A DNA stretch of 64,000 bases from the human T2T-CHM13v2.0 reference genome, Homo sapiens, in the NCBI RefSeq assembly GCF_009914755.1, contig NC_060927.1; one strand, given 5' to 3'. Within the stretch, counting starts at the first letter, position 1. Every line of letters starts with the position of its first letter. The notes beneath the pieces are model-generated. The model worked only from the letters and a program-made list of their open reading frames with translations, had not been told where the DNA came from and did no database searches. The position numbers and the translations under genes are program-made. Shown piece by piece: positions 1-21,510 of this stretch.

Positions 1-240
1 ACTTTGAGACGCCGAGGCAGATGGACGGCTTGAGCCCAGGAGCTCGACACCAGTTCAGGAAACATGGCAAAGCCCTGTCTCCACAAAAAAGTAGCCAGGC
101 ATGGTAGTGCCAGCCTGTAGTCCCAGCTACTCGGGAGGTTGGAAGGATCACCGGAGCCCGGCGGTCGAGGCTGCAGTGAGTCGTGATTGTGCCACTGCAC
201 TCCAACCTGCATGACAGAGTAAGACCTGTCTCAAAAAACA
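1..240 (+). mobile_element. Alu (AluJ-like, cut by window start)
   Basis: Diverged Alu left/right arm sequence ending in an A-rich tail. Confidence 0.85.
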
Positions 241-577
241 AAAAACCCCAAAAACCTGGATTAGAGCAAATATGTAACAATATGCAAAACAATTTTACTT
301 TAAGTAAAGCAAAAATGTTATCAATAGCTTCTAATTATGGCAACGCCATCTCTTCTGTTCTTTGAAAACCACAGTCAAAGCAATCGGAATGTTAATAGTT
401 AGCTTTCCGTATCAGCAGGTTCCAAACACTCAAATCCAACCAGCCTGGGGTGGAAAAGACAATATTTGTGGGATGCAGAACCTGGAAATACAAGGAGCTG
501 ACTCTTCCCATGAGCGGGTTCTGCAGCAGCGCATACCAAGGGATGACCATACCTTAGCGTTCCCTCCTAAAACTTAC

Positions 578-757
578 AATATCAATGCTTAGCTTTCTTG
601 CCAGTTCCTCATCACTTTTCAGTTGTTCTTCCATCGCTCTTCGCCTTTTTTCTGCCTGTCTTTTTTCCTCTTCTTCCTCCTCTGCCAACAACCTCTGTAT
701 GTATTCTTCACTGGCTTTGTTTTCTTCTTCCTCGCTGGCCCGTCGCTCTGCCGCCAC
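578..757 (-). CDS. RNF168: RNF168 coding exon 3 (180 bp; UMI/MIU1 ubiquitin-binding region)
   Basis: Acceptor ttttaag|GTG at 757 and donor ATT|gtaagt at 578. Translates VAAERRASEEEENKASEEYIQRLLAEEEEEEKRQAEKRRRAMEEQLKSDEELARKLSIDI in phase 0 after exon 2. The gene continues beyond the window start. Confidence 0.97.
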
Positions 758-1378
758 CTTAAAAGTGATTAATAAAGAGCAATCCTTCTCTGAACGTTTT
801 GGTATACTTGCAATATTTCATAACAAGAATAGAAAAGTAGAAAAAGAACAAATTGGCAGAAATTTAAATGATCTCAAATGAAGTACAAATCTGGAGAAGT
901 AGATTCCTGCAAGATAGCTGTCCCATCTCAGCCTCCCAAAGCACTGAAATTATAGGTGTGAGCCTCCACACCTAGCCTGAGATGTATTACAAGTGAAAAT
1001 TATACACAAAATTTTGAAGACTAACAAAAAAAGAGAAAAATCTCTATTTATGTATAACTTCATATGTAATTAAAACATAATGCTTCACTATAAACACTGC
1101 TTTTTAGGTACTTTTCCTATTTAGGAACTTCACAGCTAGCCCTTTAACCTTTCCTCATCTAAACTCACACTCTACCACCCTTTTACTTTAAGCTCAAAAC
1201 TTTGGGGAAATAAAAATATATCCTGGTATGGATTAAATTAGGAAAAAGAAGAATTAAAAAATTTTCTTCATATGTAAATGCTTAGGGAACACTATCACAT
1301 AAGAGCATTAATTATGTAGAAGTAAATTACAGCAAAAAACAAAGCCCTTATAAAGTACATTAAAATTGTCCATATTTT

Positions 1379-1698
<320 letters not shown>

Positions 1699-1785
1699 TT
1701 ATATAAGCACAAAAAACTAAATTAAAATCTGAAACTAAAAACACAGCAGAGAAATATTCCAAAAAAAAAACTATTTAGCACCTAC

Positions 1786-1862
1786 CTTGCTTATTTCCTC
1801 TTCATATTCTCTTCTCAGTTCCCCAGGTTTACTGAGCAGACGAACTGGCTGATAGTCATCAG
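1786..1862 (-). CDS. RNF168: RNF168 coding exon 2 (77 bp)
   Basis: Acceptor tgaaatag|CT and donor AAG|gtagg. Translates (A)DDYQPVRLLSKPGELRREYEEEISK. Exon 1 plus exon 2 is 301+77=378 nt, which keeps the frame. Confidence 0.96.
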
Positions 1863-1946
1863 CTATTTCATATCAAAAAAGAAAATAACATTATAGGCAA
1901 CACAATTTTATGGTAACTTTGGTCTTCCATTAAAACGAAAAATTAA

Positions 1947-2832
<886 letters not shown>

Positions 2833-4106
2833 TAGAAAATGGGAAGGCAATGAAATAGAGATAATTGATACAGCAGAAATGAAGGAAAAGAAATCCTTGA
2901 AAGGGAAGACTACAGCTGAGGTAGAATTAGAAGGGAATCTGCCTCCTATTTGCCTAGAGAGAGGCTCATAGAGTCCAGAGTGAGTAACCGTGGGACTGAA
3001 AACAGAACTCGAGATTTATAAGCTGTTAAATCAGAATCCTCGACTTACCGGCATTTCTCCCTGGATATGGGTGCAGGTGCACACACGCATATTTCTTTAA
3101 AGAAACAGATCTAGAGAGAGCCAGAGCAGCTAATGTAATAGGTGGTGACCCAGAGCAAAGTCCTCTGCGATCGGGCAGTTAGGGATGGCAAAGCACAAAG
3201 GCCAGGTTTCCATCGGCTTGAACTCAACGTCTGCCCATCACCAATACCCTTCCACATACACAGAGCTTTTCTCCTGGGCCTCATTCTCAAACCTAAAAGC
3301 TAATCCAAGGATCGTCAGACATTTGAAATACATCTGCAGGACTAGAGAAACAGTAAGCTATACAAAGAGAAAAAATCATCACCCTGGAGTTGAAAGATAA
3401 TTCTGGGTCAGAAAATAACCTAAATGTGGGTATGTATCCTCAACAAATCTGATGAGAATTTTATTCTATAAAACAAGACACTGTTTTATAAAGTGTAAAA
3501 AGGGAACATCCAAAAAAGAGAACGCATCTGTCTGTTTCAAGGGGCAGCTGCTACTCAACTCCAGCTGACTACGACTACCAGGAAACTCAGGCCTGTCCGT
3601 GCCATATTTTTTGCTTTCTCAAGAAAATCCAGAGGCGGCAGGGGTGGATGGTGAGAGATGACTTCATGGGTACAATGTACATTATTTGGGTAGCAGATAC
3701 CCTAAAGAGCCCTGACTTCGCCACTGTGCAATCTATACATGTAACAAAATTACCCTTGCACCCCATAAATTTATCCAAGTAAAAAGAAAAAAAAAAAGAA
3801 AATCCAGCAATCAAGATGTTAATATGAAATCTTCCAACTTAAATAGTGGCATTGGATGGGTCACAAAAAACATGCACACAGGATTCCTATGGCCTGCAGG
3901 CCAGCAGTTTGAAAAATCTGCAACAGAGAGACTAAAAAACAGTGATGTAACTCCAAAACAATTAGGGATGCAGTATGCTGAATTCTCATTTATTTTAGTC
4001 ACTAAGGAGGATCTATTCAAGACAATACAATGGTATACACAGGAGAGACATATATAAGGCTCCTTAAAAAGTAGAAGGATAATCAGCTGGCTTAAACTGA
4101 GACCTA

Positions 4107-4195
4107 GATCAGCAAGTCTTAAAGTAGAATCTACGAAACCCTGGAGGTATCTGAGACTTTTTTTCAGGGAAACTGCAGAGTCAAACTATTTTCAT
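4107..4195 (+). mobile_element. Charlie1-like hAT DNA transposon end fragment
   Basis: cagcaagtcttaaagt...ccctggaggtatctgagac...tttcaggg...gtcaaactattttcat resembles the Charlie1 terminus as recalled. Confidence 0.5.
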
Positions 4196-4325
4196 TTAAA
4201 AAATTAAAGTAAGCTGGGAGCGGTGGCTCACGCCTGTAATCCCAGCACTTTGGGAGGCTGAGGCAGGCGGATCATGAGGTCAGGAGTTCGAGACCAGCCT
4301 GGCCAATATGGTGAAACCCCGTCTA

Positions 4326-4899
<574 letters not shown>

Positions 4900-5656
4900 T
4901 CAGAGGACAGCCAACACTTGGTTTTTTTTTTATAATAGTCATCCATTAAGATATATACACACACATAATGGAGTATGCGGCCAAAAAAGGAAATGGAATG
5001 GACACGTGCTAGAACACGATGGACCTTCAAGACACTACGCTGCGTGAAACAGCCAGTCACCAAAGGACAGACACTGTGTGGGGTTCCACTCGTACGAGAC
5101 ACCTAGAGCAATTAAACCCGTAGAGGCAGAAAGAATGGAGGTCGCCAGCAGCCAGGGGAGGGGTGAATGGGGAATTAATTATTGTTTAATGGGCAGTTTC
5201 AAGCGTGGAAGATGAGAAAGTTCAGAGATGAATGGTGGTGACGGCTGCACAAAAACATGAATGTACTTCATGTCACGCAACTGTCCATTTAAAAATGGTT
5301 AACATGGCGGATTTTATGTTATGTATCTTTTACAATAAAACTGGAAAAAAAGTAAATCACTTTACACATTAGATACAATAAAATAGTAGCTAAGAGGCTG
5401 GGCACAGTGGCTCATGCCTGTAATCCCAGCACTTTGGAAGGCTGAGGCAGGAGGACCACTTGAGCTCAGGCTATCAAGACCAGCCTGGGCAACATAGCAA
5501 GACCCCATCTTTGTTCAAAAAAAATTTTTTTAAGTAGCTAATTTAGGAAAACAATAATAAGACAGATGTATTATACTAGAAAGCAAAACATATCATTAAG
5601 CAGAATTAAACTAAGCATGTGTGGTACTGACACAGCTACTGATAAAGAGATAGTTA

Positions 5657-6060
<404 letters not shown>

Positions 6061-6660
6061 TTACTACCAAGTAGTGTGGCTATTAAGTGGCAATCAAGGG
6101 CAGGGGGAGTTAAGATGCCTACCTCATACAATACTCGAATTCAAGGTGGATTAAAAAATGGAAAAAAACAAAACTATAAACGACTAAGAAGAACATATGA
6201 GATAAATTCCAAAACAATTAAAACTTCCATGTGATGAAAGACATCACAAAGTTAAAAACAAACTAGAAGTTATTTGCAAATACATAAATCACCAGAGAAT
6301 TAGTGTCCAGAATATAACTAGAACTTCCACAGATCAATTAAAAACCACAACAGGCAAAGGAAAGGCACGTGCGATTTACAGAAGATGCCCAACTACAGCA
6401 AGCAGAGAGCTGAACTTTTGTTAAACCGTGGAATGACAGATTTTTAAAGTTTACTTATTTCTACATAAACTGAATCTAAATTAAGATCAGTGAGTTATTC
6501 AACTGCAGACACAAGTTAAAATTGTCTTCATTTGCCTTTTTCTTTTGTTTTTGGAAACAAGATCTCACTCTTGCCCAGGCTGGAGTTCAGTGGCGGGATC
6601 ATAGCTCACTGCAGCCTCCAACCCCTTGGCTGAAGCGATTCTCCTGCCCTAGCCTCCTGA

Positions 6661-6832
<172 letters not shown>

Positions 6833-7776
6833 TAGCTGGGATTACAGGCATGTCCCACCACGCCCAGCTAATTTTTTGTAATTTTAGTAGAGACGGGGGT
6901 TTTACCATGTTGGCCAGGCTGGTCTTGAACTCCTGACCTCAGGTGATCCACCTGCCTTCCAAAGTGCCAGGATTACAGGTGTGAGCCACCGTGCCCAGCC
7001 TTCCATTTGCTATTTCTTTCTTTTTTTAAATTTATTTTTTTTTTTTTTTGAGACAGAGTCTCACTTTGTCACTCAGGCTGCAGTGCAGTGGTGCAATCTC
7101 AGCTCATTGCAGTGTCCACCTCCCAGGCTCAAGCAATGCTACTGCCTGAGCCTCCCATGTAGCTGAGACTACAGGCGCCCACCACCACACCCGGCTAATT
7201 TTTGTATTTTTTGTAGACGGTTTTGCCCTATTGGCCAGGCTGGTCTCACACTCTCAGGCTCAAGCGATTTGCCTGCCTTGAACTCTCAAGTACTGAGATT
7301 ACAGGTGTGAGCCCCCGCACCTGGCCTGTTTGCTATTTCTTAAACAACTCTAATTTTATAAGAAATTTGAATATCTCAGTTTTATAGTCTTAAAGTGACT
7401 ATACAATTTTTGCCATCTGTTGGAAACAACTCTCGACACTCTTCAGTTCTGGTTAACTCTAAAATTTCTGCTGAAACCCACTTCGGTTAAACATTCCTAC
7501 TCTACTCGATATTTTGCTTCTTCGCAGCAAGTGGTCTTCCTAGGCGGCCAGGACTCATTTAAGGAAATATGTCCCCATGCTTTTTATTTTATTTTGAAGG
7601 AAAAATTCAAGTTAGTTAAAGACCTGAATGTATAATACTGGATGAAAAATAAAAATAAATAATAAGCCTTAACTTGAACAGTTGAGCTGTTCATAAAACT
7701 GCCCTCCCATCACTGAACTAGACTGCAGCTCCATGTAAATGGCAGTTTCCTTCTCCCAATTAAATGTGCATTCCTG

Positions 7777-8215
7777 GGCTGGGCACAGGGTACAAAATAA
7801 AGAGATAGTTAAAAAATAAAAAGCCCAAAGTTGCTCTGGAAAATAAGCATATGATTTGTGAAGCAGTATGTACATCAGTGTGGCTGGATCATCACCAAGT
7901 AGTGTGGCTATAAATGGCAATCAGGGGCAAAGTGCTCACACCTGTGATCCCAGCACTTTGCGAGGATGAGGCAGGAGTATCACTTGAGCTCAGGAGTTCA
8001 AGACCAGCCTCGGTAACATAGTGAGACCCTATCTCTACAAAAAATAAAAAAATTAGCCTGGCGTAGTGGTGTGTGCCTGTGGTCCCAGCTACTCAGGAGG
8101 TTGAGGTGGGAGGATTGCTTGAGCCCGGGCGGTGGAGGGTACAGTGAGCCAAGATCGCTCCCTGGCATTCCAGCCTGGGCGACTAAGTGAGACCCTGTCT
8201 CGAAAATAAAATAAC
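7777..8215 (+). mobile_element. AluJ-like element interrupted near its 5' end by a ~130-bp captured local sequence
   Basis: ggctgggcacag (7777-7788), then the insert, then gctcacacctgtgatcccagc (from ~7934) and the rest of the Alu. Confidence 0.8.
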
Positions 8216-9345
8216 ATAAACTAAATTTGCACTTTCTGCCTCAATATTTATTTTGAAAATTTTCAAATCTACAGAAATTGCAAAAATAGTATGATAAACC
8301 CCCGTTTAACCTGCATTTAGATTCATGAAGTTTTTAAACTGCCACATTGCCTTTCGTGTGTGTGTGTGTGTATTTTCTGAACCATTTGAAAGTTGCATGA
8401 TCATAACCCTTCACCAAATCCTTACGTGTCCACCTCATAAGAGATGCTGTCCTTATCTCTTGATTTGATATACAATGATCAAGTTCAAGAAAATTAACAT
8501 TGATATATTACCCATCATATCAATGATAAAAATTTCACCAACTATCCCCATGTCTTTAATAACAACCTTTGTCCTAATCCATGTTCTAATCCAGGGTCAT
8601 GCACTGCATTTAGCTGTCATTCTCTTTTAATCTCCCTTTCAACTAGAATGATTCCTAAGGCTTTGCCTTCATGACACTGACATTTTTGAGGTACTAACAA
8701 CTACGTTTTGTAGAATTTCAATTTGGGTTTTTGTTTTCTCACAGTTAGATTCAGGTTATGCCTTATACTCGTCCTATCAGGAGGACCGCAATGTTTGTTT
8801 GTTCCATGGATAACGTTAACTGTGATCACTTCATTACTGTGGTAACAGGCTTCTCGACTGTATCCTTCACCCTTTGTAATTAATAAGCAATCTGTAAGAT
8901 GATATTTTCAGACTATATGAGTCCTCCGTTCTCCGGCAAATTTTCAAGCAGGGATTTTGGCATCCGTTTGTAATTCTTGCCTGCATCAATTTTTACAGTG
9001 ACAGTCGCAAACAGAAAGGAAATTTAGACATTCTAAGGCTGATTCTTCCCTACTATAGGATTCTTTTTTGAGAAATCCAAATGTAAAACACACCTGTCTC
9101 CGTCACACTAATTCACTTTCAAATACTTCATTTTTTAAAGCTATCTCATATGTGCTTTCTTACAACCTTCCTTCCATAAATTAAAAATACATAAAGTAAA
9201 TGAGTAGATTCACTTTATGTATTATCTGTTAACAAAGTTAACACAGAAACACCAATTATATTTTTATAAATTATCAATGAACAATACTGAAAATTTTTTA
9301 AAATTTACTTAAAACAGTCTCAAAAGCCATAATATAATTAGGGAT

Positions 9346-9715
9346 AAATATTAGTTTCTTAGGGCCACCATAGAAAAGTACCACAAATTGCGTGACTTGA
9401 AAATACAGCAATTTATTTTCTCACAGTTCTGGCTAAAAGTCCAAAATAAATGTGTCAGCAGGGCCATGACACTTTTCAAACTTGTAGGGGATCCTTCCTT
9501 GCCTCTTCCTTGCTTCTGACAGTATGCTGATAACCTTAGACGTTCCTTGGGTTGTAAATACATCACTCCAGTCCTCCAGCCTCACGTGGTACTCTGTGTC
9601 TTTACATCATCTTCCTTCTGTGCGTGTCTGTCTCTGTGTCCAAATTTCTCCTTTTTATAAGGAAACCAGTCATAATGGATTAGGGCCCATTCTAATGACC
9701 TTATTTTAACTTCAT
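9346..9715 (-). mobile_element. MLT1-family MaLR LTR
   Basis: tattagtttcttagggcc...aatttattttctcacagttctgg...ggattagggcccattctaatgacc is typical reverse-strand MLT1 sequence. Confidence 0.7.
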
Positions 9716-9719
9716 TACT

Positions 9720-14950
<5,231 letters not shown>

Positions 14951-15570
14951 TTAAACATTTTACTGAATTTATGTTACCCAGACCGGCCTCAACTCCTGGG
15001 TTCAAGAGATCCTCCCACCTCCGCCTCCCAAAGCGCTGGGATTACAGCTGTGAGCCATCGCTCCCGGCCAACCGCACACTTTTAGTAGGTGAATTGTATG
15101 GTCTGCGAGCATTTGAATAAAGCTTTTTCTTTTAACTATTGTTTAAAAATGTTTAAAATGGCATTTTTTTACAATAAAATAAACGTATGTTTAAAAGGCA
15201 GGTACACATATAACTGTGACCAAAAAAAATTAGAAAAAAAAAAAAAAAAAAAAAAAAAAAGACCTGTCCACGAGAGAACGGAGACACCATATCCTAAGCC
15301 CAGACAGGAACCACCGCCCGGCTTATTGCTCACATTAGTGGAGGAAAGAGTCAAGGGTTCAGTTTGGGGCTCCTGAGTCTACCGGGTGCAGGGTTGAGTG
15401 ATAAAAAAGCGACTTTAGCCTCGTCGCATGATTAGGAGAATCAAGAATTAAATGAATGGAGATGTATAGATAAGTAAATCAGAGGCCGGGCGCGGTGGCT
15501 CAAGCCTGTAATCCCAGCATTTTGGCAGGCCGAGGCGGGCGGATCCCTTGAGGTCAGGAGTTTGAGATCA

Positions 15571-16003
<433 letters not shown>

Positions 16004-16051
16004 TCAAAGACTTGCGGCTTTTGGCCAACAAACACGCCATGGTTTACTCAC

Positions 16052-16352
16052 CCACTTCCTCTGATTCTTGGCCAGACGCTCTAAGCTTGCACTCCCTGGG
16101 ATAGTGTTTTTGAATTATCGTCCACAGTTCCACGTTGACGAGAGAATTTCTTCGGGTATGGTACCGAGTCCACGACGATACCCGGCGGCGACAGAAGGGA
16201 CAGCATAAACTCGCCTTTTCGACGGTCGACTGGAAGCACGGTTTACACAGCGTGTGGTTACACGGGAGGGTGACGGGCTCCACGAGGATTTCCATGCAGA
16301 TCCCGCACTGGCACTCGGACAGCGAGGGGATGGCGTCTTTGGGTAGAGCCAT
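16052..16352 (-). CDS. RNF168: RNF168 coding exon 1 (RING-finger E3 ubiquitin ligase, N-terminus)
   Basis: ATG at 16352. MALPKDAIPSLSECQCGICMEILVEPVTLPCNHTLCKPC...CPFCRRR is a C3HC4 RING. Donor GTGG|gtgagt at 16052. Confidence 0.98.
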
Positions 16353-17120
16353 TTCAATATGTTAGTAAAGCCGACTAAACAACGACACCTGCACGAAAAA
16401 GAATCCTATTTTCGGCCAACCACAGAGAGAGCAAAAGCAGTTTTGTGTTTCAGTATTATGCCCAGAAGCGTATCAGAATTCGGAGAACAGGAGCATCCAA
16501 CACGTCTTGAAGCAAAAAGGCGCTCTCAGGGTCAGGCAAACAGGAATACCCCGGAGGGCGGCGTCTTTGTCCATTTTCAAGGCAAACGTCCCGCCAGCAA
16601 ATAAATGCAGGTTTTCGTCGGAGGAGCCTGGCTGCTCCGCGGCATGAACACCGCGGCTGCGGCTCCCGGGGCAGCGAGGGGAACGCGCCAAGTCCTCTCC
16701 TCCCCTCACCCGGAAAGGATGCTCCGCTCAGCTCGGGGCAGCCGGGCCCCGGGACGCGGCTCCGGGAGGAAGCCCGGGCTCCGGCTGCAGCATAACTTCC
16801 GCTTTACCGCTGCTGCGGGGGAGACGCGCGACTCCCGTGTTCACCTTTCGGGCGCCTGGCGCAGTTTCCCACAGCTCCGCGCCCCCGTCCCTCCTACGCA
16901 GCCAGAAACCCTATTCGTTGCGGCAGCGCAGCAGCCACCGGACAAGCGCTAGCAACGTCACAACCGCCCGCCAAAATCGCACTTCCCACCCAGAAAACTG
17001 CCCAAGGGCGAACGTTCCCGGGGCGGGACTTCCGGGGTCTGCGCGCCGCCCGCCCTCCCTCCCAGCCGGAGACGGTCCCGCCCTGGCGTCGCAGCCCCTC
17101 CTAGTGCAGCCTGGGTGGAG
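16100..17120 (-). promoter_or_regulatory. RNF168: RNF168 CpG island, promoter and GC-rich 5' UTR
   Basis: CpG-dense stretch over and upstream of exon 1. E2F-like TTTTGGCGGG (16967-16976, minus), GC box GGGCGG at ~17021, ETS CCGGAAGT (17028-17035, minus). The exact TSS cannot be read from sequence. Confidence 0.85.
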
Positions 17121-18207
17121 CCTGACCTTTCCCTGAGATTTCTGCGAGGCCTCAGACACCCCTGGTTTCTTGGTTTCTGGGTAGAAAAAGGGAAACCTCA
17201 AAACAAAATCAACAGCCAAACAAGGCCGGGTGCGGTGGCTCACGCCTGTAATCCCAGCACTTCGGGAGGCCGAGGCGGGCGAATCACCTGAGGTCAGGAG
17301 TTCAAGACCAGCCTGGCCAACATGGTGAAACCCCCGTCCTTACTAAAAATACAAAAATTAGCTGGGCATTGTGACAAGCGCCTGCAATTCCAGCTACTCA
17401 GGAGGCTGAGACAGGAGAATCGCTAAACCAGGGAAGCAGAGGCTGCAGTGAGCCGAGATTGTGCCACTGCACTCCAGCCTGGGGGACAGAGCAAAATTCC
17501 ACCTCAAAAAATACAAATAAATAAATAGATAAAAGAATTGGGGTCTCACTGTTTTATCCAGGCTGGACTACAACTCCAGGGTTCCAGGGATTCTTTCGCC
17601 TCAGCCTCTGGAGTAGCTGGGTCTAGAGCTTGCAACTCCATAGCCAGCTCCGGACCTGCATTTTTTGAGGGAATCAATCAGTGTGAAGGAAGAGAAAAGA
17701 AAATCACTGTGCGTGAAAGCAGCCTTTAAGTTGTTTTGAGGCTGCTGAGAGCATTCAGGCTGGGTAGGGGATGGTTTCCAGGTTGAGAACAACGAGGAGA
17801 CATCGGTCGTTGGTAGAAGTCTTTGGGAACTTTCATTTCAATGTGGGTTCAGAAACCTGTTATTGTCTGTGATAGCTCACACCTGTAGTCCCAGCACTTT
17901 GGAAGGCCAAGGCGGGAAGATCAGTGGAGCCCAGGAGTTCAGGTCCAGCCTGGGCAACATAGTGAGACCCTGTCTCTACAAAAAATAAAAAAATTAACTC
18001 GGTGTGCTGGCTCACACTTATACTCTCAGCTACTCTGGTGGCTGAGGTGGGAGGATCACTTGAGCCCAGGAGGTCAAGGCTGCAGTGAACAGTGATCGTA
18101 CCACTGCACCCCAGCCTGGGTGACAGGGCAAGACCCTGTCTCAAAAAAAAGAAAAAAAAAAGAAACCTGGGACTGTCATCTGGTTGTCTACAGTAACAGT
18201 ACCTTAG

Positions 18208-18405
<198 letters not shown>

Positions 18406-18807
18406 TAATACCACGCCTGGCAAATTTTTGTATTCTTAGTAGAGATGGGGTTTCACCATGTTGGCCATGCTGGTCTCGAACTCCTGACCTCAGGTGATCC
18501 ACCGGCCTTGGCCTTCCAAAGTGCTGGGATTACAGGCGTGAGCCACTGCACCTGGCCTTCAGGCTTCCTAATATGTCCACAACCTGCTTTTCCCATCGAA
18601 TCTCCGATTATTCTTTTAAACATGCAACTATGATTTATTCTCTGTCATCCAAACGTTTTGCTTTCATGACATTGCTTTCTCGGTTCATCCTAAATGGGTT
18701 GCTTTGTGGCTGTGCCTACTTCAAACACCAATTTAATGCAGTTGGGCCAGGCACGGTGGCTCATGCCTATAATCCCAGCACTTTGGGAGGCCAAGGAGGG
18801 CGGATCA

Positions 18808-19044
<237 letters not shown>

Positions 19045-19299
19045 TCACTTCTTCCAGAGTGCACTTTTATGTGCAATTTAATGCACTCCCCACCACCAGT
19101 AATGCCCCTTTTCTAAACTCACCCAGTCATATATTGCCCAGTGATACTGATTTTTATTGCAGTTTTACTATTGAACTCCTGTATTTTGATTTCTATCTTC
19201 AGGTGCTTATGTCTTGTGTAATGGATATATTTCATGTACTTCCTCAGATTTCCTTCACTTTGTTTGCTTTCTGTACCCATAATCACTTGCTCTTTTTGG

Positions 19300-19720
19300 G
19301 GCTCACCAGTTGCATTTCCGGAATCTCTGGCTTCTCCTGCCACTTCTGAACAATGCAGGAGCTGACTTCTCAGAGGCTGCTAGGGCCTCGGTAATGCATG
19401 CTGGGAGGGTGGGGGGGTCACTCCCCATGGAGTAACTTTCACCAATTGAAACCAGTGGACTGACCGAGCACAATACTTAAATTCCCTTTTCTTCTTCCTT
19501 CCAAGGATGGTTTCTCCAGTGTGTCTGGAGACAGGCAAGACTGAGGGAGTGTGCCTGCTGAAAAAGCTGCTGTGTCTCTTGTGGCTCATTTTCAAGGAGG
19601 GGACAGCAAGGTAACACATCACCATGTATTACTTCACATCCTTCTCTACCTAACTTCCTTCCAGCTTTCTTCACTCTGGCTGTCCTGAATTTGTACCTCC
19701 CAAATAAAGCATCGGCACTT
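19300..19720 (+). mobile_element. Probable ERVL (LTR16-like) LTR remnant
   Basis: Resembles LTR16-type sequence and ends in cctcccaaataaagc. Recognised from memory only. Confidence 0.4.
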
Positions 19721-19972
19721 AATCTTTACCTCGAGGGCAGGATCCACATTTTTAATGTTTCTGTTATCCACAGTACCTAGTACATGGCATTTGGTATTCG
19801 ATAAATATTATAAATAAATGGTCAAGATGTAAGAATCTCCTTTCTGGTATAAATAACTATGGTACTTCATTAGAGAACAAATACACATTAAGATACAATT
19901 TATAGGATCTCATGATGTATATTTTAGGTGTTTTTGTTTTAATTTATGAAAATAGAGATGAGGTCTCACTAT

Positions 19973-20473
19973 TGTTACAGCTCTTACTCCCGAATTTGAT
20001 GAGTTCTGAGTTGTTGTCCCATGACTGAGAAGAATGAGGTACACGGACACTGGAGAGTGAGTAAGGCAAAGTAGAATTTATTGAGTGACAGAACGGCTCT
20101 TGACAGTGAGAGGGGACCCGAAGGTGGGTTGCTGGCCACGAGCCTGAGTCTATGGGTTTTTGTGGGCTAGAAATGGGCAAGTGCATGCTGATTGGTCTGT
20201 GGCTATGCTTGACAAAGCACCATTCAGAAATAGGCACGATAGTGTAGAGGACCAATCGCGGAAGGGTAGGTATGTATAAAATAGGTGAAGGGTAAGGACC
20301 AATCAGGAGAGAGGGTGCCAGACGAGAATGGGAGCTCTCAGTCTGGCTCATGGATTTATCCAGAACTCATAGCTTGGTTTTCAGGCTTTAGACTGTCCTT
20401 GGCTTGAAGGTTGAGTTTCACCAGGGACCCCTCCCTGTCTGCCTAGGAATTTACCTGCCTCCTATTGCTATCA
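19973..20473 (-). mobile_element. ERV1 (MER4-group, LTR27/MER52/MER61-like) solo LTR inserted in an Alu monomer
   Basis: TG...CA ends, 4-bp TSD ctat/ctgt splitting aggtctcactat|gttgcccagg, AATAAA on minus at 20082-20077. Confidence 0.8.
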
Positions 20474-21065
20474 CTGTGTTGCCCAGGCTGGTCTGAAACC
20501 CCTGAGCTCAAGTGATCCTCCTACCTTGGCCTCCTAAGGTGCTTGGATTATAGGCATGAGCCACCATGTCCGGCCTTGTTTATTTTTTAAATAGGTAATA
20601 CATTCACATGGTTCAAAATTGAAAATGTAAAAAATGGATTAACAGTGAAAAGACTTCCTCTTGTCTTTGACCCCTAGCCTCTTAGCTTTCTTTCCTGACA
20701 ACTAATGTTATCACTGTCTTGTGTATCTCTGCAGAAGAAGTTTATGGATATGTAAACTAATATGTGTTATATATATATTTATATATATATATTTGTCACC
20801 TTTTTTCCACTTAGCAATGTATATTGGAAATAAACATTTGAAAACAACAATACATTTGGTGATCACTTCATATCATTACACAAAGAGCTTCTTCATTCTT
20901 TTATATGGCTGCAAAGAAAGTATCTATTGTATCAATTTGTCATAATTTATTTAACATCCTCTCACTCTTTGCTATAAAAATAAGACTATAATAAATTGTG
21001 CATACTTTTTGCTGTTTCCAAGATAAATTACTGTAGGTGGAATCACTGGGTCATAGGGTAACAGG

Positions 21066-21510
21066 TTAGTTTTTGACAGATGGTATCAACTCTTCGAGGG
21101 ATGACTTTTGCTTTTCAGGGGTCCTAACTGCTTTCCCCTTCTCAATTACCTGCACAGCCCTCAGCAAACTGTCCTGCAGAGCCTGGTTCTTTACCATGTT
21201 AGTAATTAGGAACGTGACATCCCTGATGTACATCTGCCTCACTTTAGCAGTATAGTGTTCTGCCTTGTTACCACGTGCAATAAAGAAGGTACAAAGTGCT
21301 GTGATGTCTCCTTCTTGCAGCCCACACTCCTCCAGTATGGACTCCCATACAACTCTAACGCGCTTGTTCTTAACTTTTCTTCTGAGTACAGAGGCTAAGG
21401 TTGGAAGACCTCTCACCAGGTCTGGCAGCTTCTCAAGCACACGAGTATGCAAGCAGATAAGTACTTCAATGACGTAGCTGTATAAAATATTCAATTCCAT
21501 TGAAGTGAGC
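21066..21510 (-). CDS. SMCO1: SMCO1 coding exon 3
   Basis: Acceptor tttttgtag|G. Translates LTSMELNILYSYVIEVLICLH...EELIPSVKN*. The three exons total 50+150+445=645 nt, i.e. 214 aa plus stop. Confidence 0.95.

Noticed and set aside
16605-17243. ORFs overlapping the RNF168 promoter, suggesting a divergent gene
   Set aside because: GC-rich open frames with no domain or splice support.
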